From positions 32,274,894 through 32,316,806 of the forward strand of contig NC_068988.1 in assembly GCF_001194135.2 (NCBI RefSeq): a DNA stretch of 41,913 nucleotides. Reading direction: 5' to 3'. This DNA is from Octopus bimaculoides (Eukaryota). The notes beneath the pieces were generated by a model. That model was not told where the DNA came from, did no database searches, and saw only the letters and a program-made list of their open reading frames with translations. Within the stretch, counting starts at the first letter, position 1, and every line of letters starts with the position of its first letter. Below are positions 1-11,560 of this stretch, one piece after another. The translations under genes and the position numbers were made by a program.

Positions 1-2
1 GA

Positions 3-183
3 CTTACAAATATATATAACATACAGAAAATTGCACTACTAGGAACAGCACACATCCTACGCAAAACACTTTCAATACAGTAACCATAAGAGCACCACAG
101 CAAACCACAGCACATACCCAAGGCGCACCGAGCTACGCTCGGTAGTGAAGTGAAAGCACGTTATAAAAATAAAACTACTGAAC
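3..183 (+). mobile_element. 3' end of an R4/Dong-like (RLE-type) non-LTR retrotransposon: ORF C-terminus plus 3' UTR, ending in (AAT)n
   Basis: The frame from position 3 reads LTNIYNIQKIALLGTAHILRKTLSIQ* (stop 81-83). This matches the 'QK..LLGTAHILRK.L' C-terminal motif of R4/Dong-type LINEs. A ~100 nt UTR and an AAT run follow. Confidence 0.75.
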
Positions 184-206
184 AATAATAATAATAATAA
201 TAATAA

Positions 207-563
207 ATGCCAGGATGTAGTACCAGGCAGTGGCTCCCATGGCTGCTGATCTTGATTGATTCTTTGGAGTTTGAATAATTCACCTTTGGAAACATGGGTG
301 TTTGGCTCAACATCCTTAAACAAACCTTATTCAAAGACCTTTTGAGCGGGATGACCTACTCGACTTGAAGAACAATTCTTCCTGGGTCCCACCTGCGAGG
401 TCATGCGCTGTTTATTTTGATATGAGATCACCATGTGGCGCACATATGTTTGTGATGCATGTGTCTAGTATACCCCTACCAGACGAGTAGTCATGGTGGT
501 TATAATGGGCTTCGTATATTTCACTCCAGTGTCAATTTCATGGCATGCACTGCTCTCTCACTC
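207..563. repeat. Interspersed repeat, copy 1 (internally deleted), flanked by (AAT)n on both sides
   Basis: Aligns by eye with 682-1235, sharing 'ataattcacctttggaaacatgggtg', 'tcatgcgctgttt', 'cagacgagtagtcatg' and 'atggcatgcactgctctctcactc'. It lacks the segment at about 740-925 of copy 2. Confidence 0.85.
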
Positions 564-612
564 AATAATAATAATAATAATTATTATAATAATAATAATA
601 ATGATAATAATA

Positions 613-1235
613 GATTCCCTGATGCAGTACCAGGCTATGGCTGTTTTTGCTTCTGATCTTAACTGATTGAAAGTATTATCAATGCCCTGATACAGTACCA
701 TATAGTGGCTCTCATGGCTTATGATCTTAGCTGATTGGAAGTGTTATCATGTACATTATTTTGTCTTCGTATAGATGATGGTCTATAGCAAATATTATGC
801 TCAATACCACAGATTTAGGTATCAGTTGTTTGACCTTAACTATTAGAGCATATCTCTTAGTGGCTGACGTTTCTCTGATCACCAGCAGAAGTAGTGGGGA
901 GCATCATAACCAACTGCTGAAAGGAATTAATTGGGGTTTGGATAATTCACCTTTGGAAACATGGGTGTTTTATTCAACTTACATAAACAACCCTTATTCA
1001 TGGACCTTTTTGAGCAGGACGGACCACTAGACCTGACGAAATTTCTAACTGGGCTGCACCTGCAAGATCATGCGCTGTTTTTCTTCATATAACATCACCA
1101 TGTCGCGCACAAATGAGTATGATGCATGTGGCTGCTATATCTCTATCAGACGAGTAGTCATGATGTGTATACTGGGCTTCATATTATTGCACCCCAGTGT
1201 CACTTTGATGGCATGCACTGCTCTCTCACTCACTC
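613..1235. repeat. Interspersed repeat, copy 2, with a duplicated ~70 bp terminus (613-680), flanked by (AAT)n
   Basis: The terminal motif 'ccctgat(g/a)cagtacca...ctgatcttaactgattg' occurs at about 617 and 685, and also at about 207. The body is homologous to 207-563. Confidence 0.85.
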
Positions 1236-1300
<65 letters not shown>

Positions 1301-1328
1301 GGATGATGATGATGATGATGGTGATGAT
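1236..1328. repeat. (AAT)n then (GAT)n microsatellite
   Basis: Directly visible. Confidence 0.95.
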
Positions 1329-3572
1329 GTTTACTTTCGAGGCGTAATGATTTTATTGTCGGTAATGGAATTTCTCTAAGGAAGTAACAAATTAGATACT
1401 ATGTTACGGACCATGAAGATATTATTTCTACGGAATATCAATGAACACATGTATATTGAAACTGCATTCAGTTCAAAAACGTTGTGAGAAATTATTTTCG
1501 ATGATACATATATAATTTTTCATGGGGACCATATTCCTCCCCATTTCCGCATATACTTCAGCAGGTGGATGCTGATACACACACACACACACACACACAC
1601 ANNNNNNNNNNNNNNNNNNNNNNNNNNNNTCTTGATTTCCATTGGTATGTCGCGTGTACATATTCTTTGTGAAGCGTGATCGCAACTTTTACTCTAATCA
1701 AGAATGTGAAAATGATATTTTCTCCACCTGTGATCCGAAAGGTTTATTCAGTCCTTACGTATAAAGCGAAACACCACAACAGTGAGTGCCCGTTGGCCAT
1801 GATGTATGATGCCCAAATCAACTTTACGCAAGGGATAATTTCAGCTTCTATTTTATCTACAGCATCATGAACCTACATTCCCCTTGTGACAAGATTTCCA
1901 GTCACATCTTGTTTTTATACGAATTACTTGTACATTTTTATTCAACCAGTCTTGAAATATCTTCACATATCTGCTGAGATCTCTCATGTTTAATCTTTTT
2001 TTTTTTTAGATGAATGTTCATTAATGAGCAGAAACTCATTCTGCCATGCCAAGGGAAACACTTATATCAATCTTATATTTCCTGAGACGTGTCTTTATCT
2101 GTCTAAAATTGGACAGCGAATGTTCTTCGCCTCGAGCGTTAGAATGCATCACGTTACAATTAATATATAAAAGGGGTGGTATCAGAATATATAAAAAAAA
2201 ATGATATTTCATGGTCGATGCCAATCTTTCGTTATAGGTTGGAGAAATTTTGCCTTGTGGTTTTACATTTCGAGTACAAAATCATTGGATACATAACAAT
2301 TTCTAAATGCTACCTAGAAGTTTCTGAATTTCGAAAAACTAAGAATAAAATATGCTTCCACTAGTACAATAGTCTTTTCAAATATTTGTTCTACATGCAT
2401 TCGGGAGCAATTGTTTTGGGGCAATTATGTATATTTATAGATTATTTTCTGAAATCATATATTCACAGAAGAAATTATAAAAGTAAAACTACAGTTAACT
2501 TTATATATTTATCCATATTTCCATACTATGAAGATCAACTGCAGCTATCACCTCAATTGCTGAGGTGTAGCAATTATGGGTGAATATTTGAAATATTTAG
2601 AAATGTTTGTTTTATTGCTAAATCTGGACACCACTGTATATATCTGCTGGTATCTGATATATGTCTGACTCTAGTGGAAATGTTAAAGCAGTTCTCATAT
2701 GACTTTAAAGTATAGCTCATACTTCATTTGTGCTGAGAGCTACTGAATTGGAAGACACCACATCTATTCTGTTGCCTAAACTGCAGTTACCTAACTACAG
2801 AAGCCAACGCAGTACCATTACCCATTTTCATGAATCTTTTCGCCACATATATATCTATAAATGAAAGAGAGCTCCCAGTGTAAAACACAAGCATAATTTG
2901 GCTTTTCAACAAATGTGCATTGGAAAAAAACCTCAAAGCCATTGCCATTTTGCATTTTTAAAAATGGAAACAAGTTTTCTTGGTTTCAATGAAGTACATT
3001 ATAAGAATCATGTTATACCAATGGGTTTGTATTCTGAAGGATTTATATGGTTACTCTGCGTTTTAGAAAAAAAAACTTCCAAAGATCACTGATATAAATT
3101 AATAAAGCTGAAAGAGAAATTAGTGTGTTCTGATGATCGCTTTAGTGCAACAATAAGGAATGGTCACGACTGAAATAACTTTGATGCTAACTACTTTCCG
3201 TTAGGGTTTTTGTATTACTTTAAACTTTACATACATGTCGAATGAGAGAATTCTTAGAGCAACAAGCATAAAATCATTTGACATACTTACACGTTATTTC
3301 TGTTCAGGTAATTTTATTTCATTCTTCATCGTTTTCAGAAGGAAAAAATGTTTCTAAATCATGCTGCTACTCATTGGATTATAGCTGGATGTGCCTGTGC
3401 CAAAAATTATTATTTGTTGTTAAAGAGTAAATCATAAGTAAAGACGACATTTATTTACGTCACTTTACAGATTCTCTTGAAACCGCAGTCAAGAGCTGGG
3501 AGGTATGTACCATATTAGCACACAGAGACACAAACACACACATGTGCATATAAATGTTTATAAATATATATA

Positions 3573-3779
3573 TTCTTTTCTACTCTAGGCACAAGGCCAG
3601 AATTTTTGGGGAGGGGTCCAATCGATTAGATCGACCCAGTACGCAACTGGTATTTAATTTATCGATCCCAAAAGCTGAAAGGCAAAGTCGACCTCGGTGG
3701 AATTTGAACTCAGAACATAAAGACAGACCATATACCGCTAAGCATTTCGCCCGGCGTGCTAACGTTTCTGCCAGTTCAC
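3573..3779 (-). mobile_element. tRNA-derived SINE, family A, near full length
   Basis: The reverse strand has a B-box-like 'GAGTTCAAATTCC' and the body 'gaggtcgactttgcctttca'. It is homologous to the other copies at 3.9, 5.2, 7.7 and 19.9 kb. Confidence 0.85.
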
Positions 3780-3786
3780 TTTAATT

Positions 3787-3829
3787 GTTTTCTACTCTAG
3801 GCACAAAGTCGAGAATGTTAGGGGAGGCC
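3787..3829 (-). mobile_element. SINE family A, 3' fragment
   Basis: Repeats 'ttttctactctaggcacaa' from 3576. Confidence 0.7.
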
Positions 3830-3879
3830 AACGCATATCTGCGTAAATATATGTATATATGTCTATATATGACACAATC

Positions 3880-3985
3880 GCTAGCTCGCGGATGAATACT
3901 TGTCAACATTTCGTCTCTCTATACGTTCTGAGTTCAAAGTCCATCGATGTCACGTTTGCCTTTCATCCTTTCAGATTTTGATGAA
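3880..3985 (+). mobile_element. SINE family A, diverged copy in opposite orientation
   Basis: Contains 'tacgttctgagttcaaagtcc...tttgcctttcatcctttc', the reverse complement of the 3670-3720 core. Confidence 0.8.
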
Positions 3986-4880
3986 ATAATTATGGATGAA
4001 ATATATAGAGATTTATCGTATGAAGCTTCAAGTTTCTTTTAATATTAAAATTTGATTGTGATAGTAGAGATTGTATATTGGATTTTATTTTAAGCGGCAA
4101 TTTTACCAACGTAAATATCTTTCGAATCGTAGGAGGTGAAACATATATTAATTCACATCAATAATTTGTAAATGACTAATTAAATCCTCACTAAATGAAA
4201 AATCAAATAAACGTAATTAAATTCATTAAGACAAGTCTTTTTTTTTTAAATTTCTTCAATGGCATATAATATTAAGAAAGTTAATTAAATTTCTTTATAT
4301 TCATTATTGTTATTAAACAGAAAATAATTAATTGCACAACAAATTGATTTGATAAGGATTTATGAAAACAAGTTGATTCTTTGAAATTTTATCATTTTTT
4401 TTCATTTCATTGGTTTAGGGTTCATATATATACATACTTAGATACACGTATCTATATCTATGCCCCNNNNNNNNNNNNNNNNNNNNNNNATATAAAGAAT
4501 TTGTTCTTTCCTAGGTATGTATTAACCAAGTGTATGCCAGTTTTGCACTAATATCGATTAACGATACTGGAAATTATTCATGTGTATATGTAGTAGTATT
4601 TATGGTTTGCTCTTCAATATTATTACTTTACAGTTCTGAAAGTCTAGTTGTTGCCATGGAGATTTAGTTCATCATTTTGGCCAAATGGTTGGAATATGGA
4701 CAGCTTCATAATGCTATGTATAATATGCATTTCAGCAAACAGCCGAAACACAGCATAGGAAATATGAATGAACTTACTAATTTGACTTCACTATGATTAT
4801 ATATATATATATTGTTAAGAAATTAAAGTTTTCTTAAAAATTATGCTTGTTTTATGAGTATATTATGAAATAATATTATT

Positions 4881-4990
4881 TATCTCTTTATTACCCACCA
4901 GGGGTAAAGAAAAGTTGACCTCGGTGAGAATCGAAATCGCAGCATAAAGAGCCGTAACTAACGATTTCACCCGCCAGTCTAACGTTCTTA
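4881..4990 (-). mobile_element. SINE family A, degenerate copy
   Basis: Contains 'aaagttgacctcggtgagaatcgaa', and its tail resembles 5166-5190. Confidence 0.6.
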
Positions 4991-5007
4991 ATTTTCTTCC
5001 TTTGTAT

Positions 5008-5141
5008 AAAACCAGGAATTGGAAGGGAATGATTAGACCCTAGTACTCGATTGGTAAACCTTGGCAGAATTTGAATATAAAACTACAACAAATATCATAA
5101 GACAATCTGCCCGACGCTTTAACCGTTCTGCCAATCCACTG
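5008..5141 (-). mobile_element. SINE family A, degenerate copy
   Basis: Contains 'ccttggcagaatttgaa' and 'gcccgacgctttaaccgttctgccaatcc'. Confidence 0.6.
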
Positions 5142-5165
5142 TCCTGCAAATTATGAAATAATATT

Positions 5166-5398
5166 TATTTCTTTATTGCCCACAGGGGGCTAAACATAGA
5201 AGGGACAAACAAGGACAGACACAGGGTTTTAAGTCGATTATATCGACCTCAGTGCGTAACTGGTACTTATTTAATCGACCCCGAAAGGATGAAAGGCAAA
5301 GTCGACCTCGGCGGAATTTGAACTCAGAACGTAACGGCAGACGAAATACCGCTAAGCATTTTGCCCAGCATGTTAACGACTCTGCCAGCTCGCCGCCC
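5166..5398 (-). mobile_element. SINE family A, full length, with a 16-bp target-site duplication
   Basis: The core 'gaccccgaaaggatgaaaggcaaagtcgacctcggcggaatttgaactcagaacgt' is intact. 'attatgaaataatatt' flanks it at 5150-5165 and 5400-5415. Confidence 0.9.
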
Positions 5399-6542
5399 TA
5401 TTATGAAATAATATTATTATTGGGCAGTGTGACCTAAACTGCATTATAAATTTTAACAGGTAAACATGTAAATAGACAGTTTTGAATGCTGCACTGTAAG
5501 GTCAGAATGAAGTCCATTGTGAAAATGGGGGGAGTTAGGTGTAAATAGCCGAACTGTGAAACTAACCAATTGGTTAGACCTTAGCAAACTTTCAGAAGCA
5601 GAGATAATTGTACACTCAGTTTTTGTCAGAGTTAAAGTGTTTTCTTTTCTCTGAGACAAGATTGTTCAATTGGTTTTTGGAAGCAATGATTGGCTGTTTA
5701 GTTTATGCAGTTTGTGCTTTGTGTTCAATCCCATGATGAGAACATAAGTCTGTACCATTCTTATCTCAGCAGTCTAGAAAACAAAACACAAGTAAAAGTA
5801 TATCGGAGGAATAGAACCGCAATTACAATTTCACGTAACTTGGACACTCATAATCAAGATAGTAGCCGAATGCGAATGTTTAAAATAGTTACAACTATCC
5901 ATCAAAACTTGCTATTTTCTTAAGAGCCAGAAAATTATTCAAGTTCCACCTAATACTGGCACTCTACTAGGCTCAAATGAGGCTCGCAGCAGCGTATTCA
6001 TTCTAATCTGACAAATTTTCCGCTATAGACAAACGTCAAGGACCGCACAATCAAGACACTATTTATCTCCTTTCTCTCACTTTTCTTCAGCTGTTGTAAC
6101 AAACCCTGCGCCTCATATCTTGGTGGATTTGTGCAAAATCTGTTCAGTTCTTCGAGGTTCGCGATATTGTTGCTACGCAGAACGTCAGCTCTCTGTTACA
6201 TGTGATGTGTATCTCTCTCGTTAATCAGTTGATGTGTGGCAGTTTAAGCTGAAAGTTGACGGTGACAAACACATCAATCTAATTGGGACATCGCAGACTA
6301 AGTCACACCTCCTTCAGATATATGCAAAGCCTAAGGAATTAATACTCATCTTCCACTGAAATACGAAAACATATCGTGAAAATGAACTAGTGGTAACTGC
6401 TAACAATAACTAAATTATTTTAATGTTAAACATACCCACTTTCATACAATTTTTAGATGTGCAATTTCAAATGCACACACACACACCCACATATATATNN
6501 NNNNNNNNNNNNNNNNNNNNNNNNNNNATATATATATATATA

Positions 6543-7326
6543 TAGGGTGGCCCAAAAGTCACTGAGGAGTTGCTATCTTTGCTAATTCTTTTATGTTTGA
6601 CCTTTCATTTTCTTTTCAGTCATATTAGTGACTAAATCCTGGAAATTGATTAGGGGAAAATATGGCACCACCCAACGCACCCAAGTGATGAAATTGTTGT
6701 ATCAAAATTAGGGGACAATTATTCAAATCCAGAGAGCAGCTAAGCGAATTGCATTCCATAATCTATACAGTATTGTATACAATTATGGTGGATGAGATAG
6801 TCAGGCGCTATTTCTTTGAAGGCGCCAGACCATTCAAAATAGGCCCGATATGTTATTCCAGTAATATATGAGGTAACTGCTCATACCGCAAAGGAGACAA
6901 TACATTTGCTGAGGCAATGTTAGGAGGAAGTATCATCTCTCGCTACTACAATGTCAATTGGCCATCGCGTTTCCCAGACTTGACTAGACTTGACTTCTGG
7001 GAAGGTTTATGTCAACAAACAAGAAATCCTGGAGCAATTGAAGGAGAATATCACTAGAGATATCAGAGAACTGGACACTGAAAACCTTAGAGTTGTCATA
7101 GAATATATTTTGGAAAGAGCATCGATGTGTTAAGATGAAAATGGATGCTATTTAAAAGATGTCATTTATCATACGTAATGCAGGTGTGTCATAAAAAGAG
7201 ACCTGCAAATTAATCTCCATTACTTCCTCTATAGTGAGTTAAAATTTCGTGTTAAAATTTCCTGCATTTGTAAAGTAAAAGAGTTATCAACAATTTAAAC
7301 CCCTCAATGACATTTGGGCCACCATG
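6543..7326 (+). mobile_element. Internally deleted Tc1/mariner-superfamily DNA transposon (maT/rosa-like) with ~25-bp TIRs, embedded in (TA)n
   Basis: The left TIR is TAGGGTGGCCCAAAAGTCACTGAGG (6543-6567). The right TIR (7302-7326) reverse-complements to CATGGTGGCCCAAATGTCATTGAGG. Frameshifted transposase remnants include 'TAHTAKETIHLL' and 'VNWPSRFPDLTRLDF'. Confidence 0.85.
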
Positions 7327-7330
7327 TGTG

Positions 7331-7368
<38 letters not shown>

Positions 7369-7380
7369 GGTGTGTATGTA

Positions 7381-7419
<39 letters not shown>

Positions 7420-7459
7420 ATGTATATATGTGAGTGTATATAAATATATATATATATAT

Positions 7460-7600
7460 GGGAGAATATACAAAAAATAACAACAGACGAGGACAGGTGG
7501 TGTAAATAACAAAAGTATATATTAGTATGACGCCCGGGAATACGGAAAGTCTTTGACGTTTCGAGCTACGCTCTTCAACAGAAAGAATACGGAGACAAGG
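7460..7600 (-). mobile_element. Short Penelope-pLTR-like repeat carrying a minimal hammerhead fold, abutting (TA)n
   Basis: Homologous to 18370-18507. It contains the HHR-like motif at 7550-7586. Confidence 0.65.
7550..7586 (-). ncRNA. Putative minimal type I hammerhead ribozyme with variant core CUGUUGA
   Basis: The minus strand reads tcttt-CTGTTGA-a-GAGC(gta)GCTC-GAAACGTC-aaaga. Stem I (5 bp) and stem II (4 bp) are perfect, helix III is the palindrome ACGU, and the cleavage triplet is GUC. Confidence 0.6.
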
Positions 7601-7659
7601 AGTGTGTGTTTGTGTGCGTGTGTGTGTGTGTGTATATATATATGTTTTGTCCTCTTTCT

Positions 7660-7797
7660 AAGCATAATCTTTGTCACTCAAGGCACAAGTCCAGAAATTT
7701 GGGGGAGGGGACCAGTCGATTAGATCAACCCCAGTACGCAATTACTACTTATCTTTTCGACTCTGGAAGGGTAAAAGCCAAAGGCGACCCCGGCTGA
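7660..7797 (-). mobile_element. SINE family A, 3' half
   Basis: Contains 'ggcacaagtccagaaatttggggggaggggaccagtcgattagatcaaccccagtacgcaa'. Confidence 0.8.
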
Positions 7798-8089
7798 TCC
7801 TTGTAAGAGTAATAATATGCAATATTTCTGCTCTTTTAATGGTGATACTGCCTTCCAAATATCACTTTCTAGTGTATGGATCGTACAAGACTTATTCGAC
7901 GCTTACCTACACACATGGTTGTTATATATATATATACGTACAACACACATATACACATACGCACACAAACACACAACCACTCATGCGCACACACGCATAT
8001 ATATAAATGTCTGTGTTTACGTTTTTTATGTGTTATTTATTTATATATATATATATATATACACACGCACACATGCATATATACATATG

Positions 8090-8208
8090 AATACATACAC
8101 ACATACATACATACATACATACATACATACATACATACATACATACATACATACATACATACATACATACATACATACATACATGCATGCATACATACAT
8201 ACATACAT
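8090..8208. repeat. (TACA)n microsatellite
   Basis: Directly visible. Confidence 0.95.
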
Positions 8209-9199
8209 ATGACTGTTTGCTTTCTGTCTTTACGTTTGTGTGAAGAAAACAAATAAATCCGTTTGCTGAAGCTTATTTTTTTAAACTTTATTTAAATTAT
8301 AATTTATACGATTGTGTACTGTGAACTTATTTTTATGGAAATATACGAGATAAATAAAAATTCAAGGAATTTTCAGAACGGAATTTTATTCAAGGAAAAG
8401 AAACTTTTCACACAAATCTCTATGTATACATACACAAACATACAGTCAAACACACACAGACCCCCCCACACACACACACACGTACGCACACATGTATGTA
8501 AGCATATGTATGCATCTATATATGTATGATGGATATATTAATATTTGTGCAAAAAAACAACGTATAGCTGTTGGAAAGGCTAAGTAATATATACTAACAC
8601 GAGAAGTAAGGTGTATGGTTTCTTCGTTACTATTTTTCCAGCTTAAAGTATTTTTGTGCTTATACATTGCTTATGTACATTATTTTTATTACCTATTGTT
8701 TTTTAAAACATCTTCGCCACAATCCAATAAAGTAATACAGAGACAATATAAATCTAACTGTAAAAACTGTGAAAATCAATTCTTGTATGCACAAATATAG
8801 AAAAACACAGTTTTATTAGCGAGGTCGAGAAATATATGTTTGAATAAATAAAACGGACAGAAAATACATATATCTCAATTTTGAAGGCAAGAGAAATGCG
8901 GAACAGACATGTTTTCCGTTTGTTATAAATCTCAGATAGAACGTATCAAAGTAACGAAAACGTTTCATACTAAACATTGAAGCGCAAGCACTTGTAAATA
9001 CAGACACACAACGATATACACATATGGGGTTGTGTATCTAGGGGTGTGTGTGGGAATGTGCTTATATATTTTTCTGAGCGTTCCCCTATGATTAACACTA
9101 AACACTTCCGTAAACGTAAACATATACTATACATGTATTATACGCATGTGAATACACCTGTATTTTTTTACACACGTGTTCTGCCTATCTTTCTACATA

Positions 9200-9244
9200 T
9201 CTATCTACCTATCTATCTACCTAACTACCTATCTATATATCTCT

Positions 9245-9314
<70 letters not shown>
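9200..9314. repeat. (TCTA)n microsatellite
   Basis: Directly visible. Confidence 0.95.
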
Positions 9315-9315
<1 letters not shown>

Positions 9316-9490
9316 GAGGGTGAGAGACATAAAAAATATCATCTAATGATGNNNNNNNNNNNNNNNNNNNNNNNNNNNNNNNNNNNNNNNNNNNNNNNNN
9401 NNNNNNNNNNNNNNNNNNNNNNNNNNNNNNNNNNNNNNNNNNNNNNNNNNNNNNNNNNNNNNNNNNNNNNNNNNNNNNNNNNNNNNTCTC

Positions 9491-9522
<32 letters not shown>

Positions 9523-9639
9523 CTATTTTAGTAAGCTGAACATTTTCGGCTTTAAGAAAATAGTATTAGTATTTTAGTATTCGAGTACTAATACTTTCAC
9601 TCTGGAGTGCTATTTTTCAGTTATTTCCACGTTACAAAT

Positions 9640-10410
9640 GGTAGCACACTGTTATTATGTGCGCACTGAACGCTAGCAGTGTCCATCATGAGGCAGTGTG
9701 TCACGTGACATCGTTGTGTTTAATTCGCAAGCTTTTAAGTTTGTGTTTTTGTGACAACCTGTATGCCGTAGCCTGCGATTTCGTTATGGACAGCAAGTTG
9801 GATGAAATAGTTAACGTGATTTTTTGAGCAAAACTTGGAAGTCTGCTACTGAGATTTCGAGCATCCCTCGGGCAAGCGTACAACGACCTGGCAATGGAAC
9901 CTACTCAATGTTTCGAGTGGCACGAACGATTCAAAAGCGAAAGAACGTTCCTGGAAGACGATGAGTGATCTTGAAGACCTGCCACGAGCGTCACTTACGG
10001 AAACGTAGATAATATTAATTAACTTGAGCATGAGGATCGTCGGAAGAGAATTGACGATATAGCTCAAGTCTCCACGATCGAAGAAGACACGACAGAGCCG
10101 CAGCTTATTCAAGAGCATGTTCATCCTTTTTTTGCAACAGCCGCAGTATTGTGCATCAAGATCTTCTTTTCTCCAACTCTCCTCACTCTGAATTTCTCGC
10201 CAAAACAACATGGGAACGCTTTTGTATCCCCCCTTTTCGCCAGGTTTAACACCGGATTACTATTTCTTACCCAATATGAAATTATGGCTCAACATTCACT
10301 GTTTCAACACCGTTGTAGAGATCAAGAGCGAATCATGAAAGGCTTCTTGACTTGCTGAAAGAAAATGACTTACAGACCTAATTCTAATAGTGGCAGGGAG
10401 GCCGGGACCG
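9640..10410 (+). mobile_element. Decayed mariner transposon; transposase pseudogene with a central deletion
   Basis: From the ATG at 9786, with frameshifts and stops: MDSKL..., 'QCFEWHERFKSERTFLEDDE*S*RP', 'EDRRKRIDDIA'. Later 'LYPPFSPGLTPDYYFLPNMKL' (a YSPDLAP..Y.LF-like motif) and 'FNTVVEIKSES'. Boundaries are approximate. Confidence 0.85.
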
Positions 10411-11310
10411 GTCGTCACGAAGAATGAAGATATATGTCAAATTAGGAGATCTAAACACTGCTCGTAATCCAGATTTACGTCATACATATCTCACTCAAAA
10501 TAACCTACAACAGCTGCATGGGATGGAGTACAAGCGGTTCTTGATCATATTCTCTTCTATTGGTGATTTTATTCGAAGAAAATATTTTGCGATACCTCAA
10601 CGTCAACTCCCACCATCTATACAGTGTAAAAAGAGGGATTTCTCAGTGCCTAAAACATCGAGGAATGAATATAAGTAGCAATTGTCATACCCACCACAAA
10701 TAAATGATCAAGTTCAGTAACAAACTATTAAGCAAAATCTAACCCAAAAGCATACTCTCGACCAATCCAATTAGGAAGAAAAGAGAAGATGAAACGGATA
10801 AACTGTCCACAGTCTAACTACACTATGTGAAAGTCCTCTCCGAGAAGATACTAAATATATGCGGCCCATATATATCTGGACAGTAATACAATACTACGCG
10901 AGTATCTCCGAGTAAAACAACCAATAGAAGAGAATATGACCAAGAACTGCGTATCCTCCATCTCATGCAGCTGTGGTATGTTATACAAAGGCAAAACATG
11001 GCGCCCCCTCAAAATAAGGGTAGACGAACATTGTAAAGCTGTGACAAGGGAAGATATTGATAAATAGGGTATAGCTGATCATGTATGGAAAAATGGAGAC
11101 CACCTCCCCCTGTGGGATGAAGATAATATTATAGACAGAGAACACCACCGAAAAATACGAAATCTAAGAGAAGCAGCACATATGCTAGGACACAACAACC
11201 TTCTAAGCAGACCGAGTGCAGATATGAACAGCATATGGGAACCGGAGTTATATGGAAGGATAGGAGAATATTAGATATATAAGCTCTAAAATTCACTCCA
11301 GAATTGCCCA

Positions 11311-11370
11311 CGGGCATATGGCGTAGTGGTTACTAAACCCAAGATTCCAAGTTCGATTCCATGCAGTGAC
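11311..11370 (+). promoter_or_regulatory. tRNA-like Pol III A-box/B-box pair inside the Penelope 3' region
   Basis: TGGCGTAGTGG at 11319-11329 and GTTCGATTCC at 11351-11360. The spacing (21 nt) is shorter than in a tRNA. Confidence 0.5.
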
Positions 11371-11373
11371 CCG

Positions 11374-11389
11374 AATAATAATAATAATG

Positions 11390-11468
<79 letters not shown>

Positions 11469-11506
11469 CAACAACAAAAAATAATGATGATGATGATGAT
11501 AATAAT
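11374..11506. repeat. (AAT)n/(AAC)n/(GAT)n compound microsatellite
   Basis: Directly visible. It explains the poly-I, poly-L and poly-Y ORFs. Confidence 0.95.
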
Positions 11507-11560
11507 AGCAACAACGAAACATACCTTAGGTATGAGAACCCAGGTTCGAGATTTTCCCAA

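Noticed and set aside
682-1235. Possible HDV-like ribozyme at one end of the AAT-flanked repeat
   Set aside because: Some helices can be drawn, but the P1-P2-P3-P1.1-P4 nested order could not be satisfied.
2010-2170. Poly-T acceptor followed by an open frame (D)ECSLMSRNSFCHAKG... resembling a cbEGF start
   Set aside because: The cysteine spacing is not EGF-like, there is no good donor, and T-run+AG occurs easily by chance.
6060-6260. Protein-like frames on both strands (e.g. minus-strand VLRSNNIANLEELNRF, LRR-like)
   Set aside because: The LRR pattern is not continued, stops lie nearby, and no family could be assigned.
7252-9531. Many HT/YI/LSIY-repeat ORFs, and similar ORFs at 11.3, 12.4, 24.5, 30, 31.7 and 39-40 kb
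   Set aside because: They are translations of (CA)n, (TA)n, (TACA)n, (TCTA)n, (AAT)n or N gaps.
11311-11370. Functional tRNA gene, and likewise 39980-40054
   Set aside because: Only A/B boxes are present and there is no complete cloverleaf. Both are SINE-type or tRNA-derived heads.
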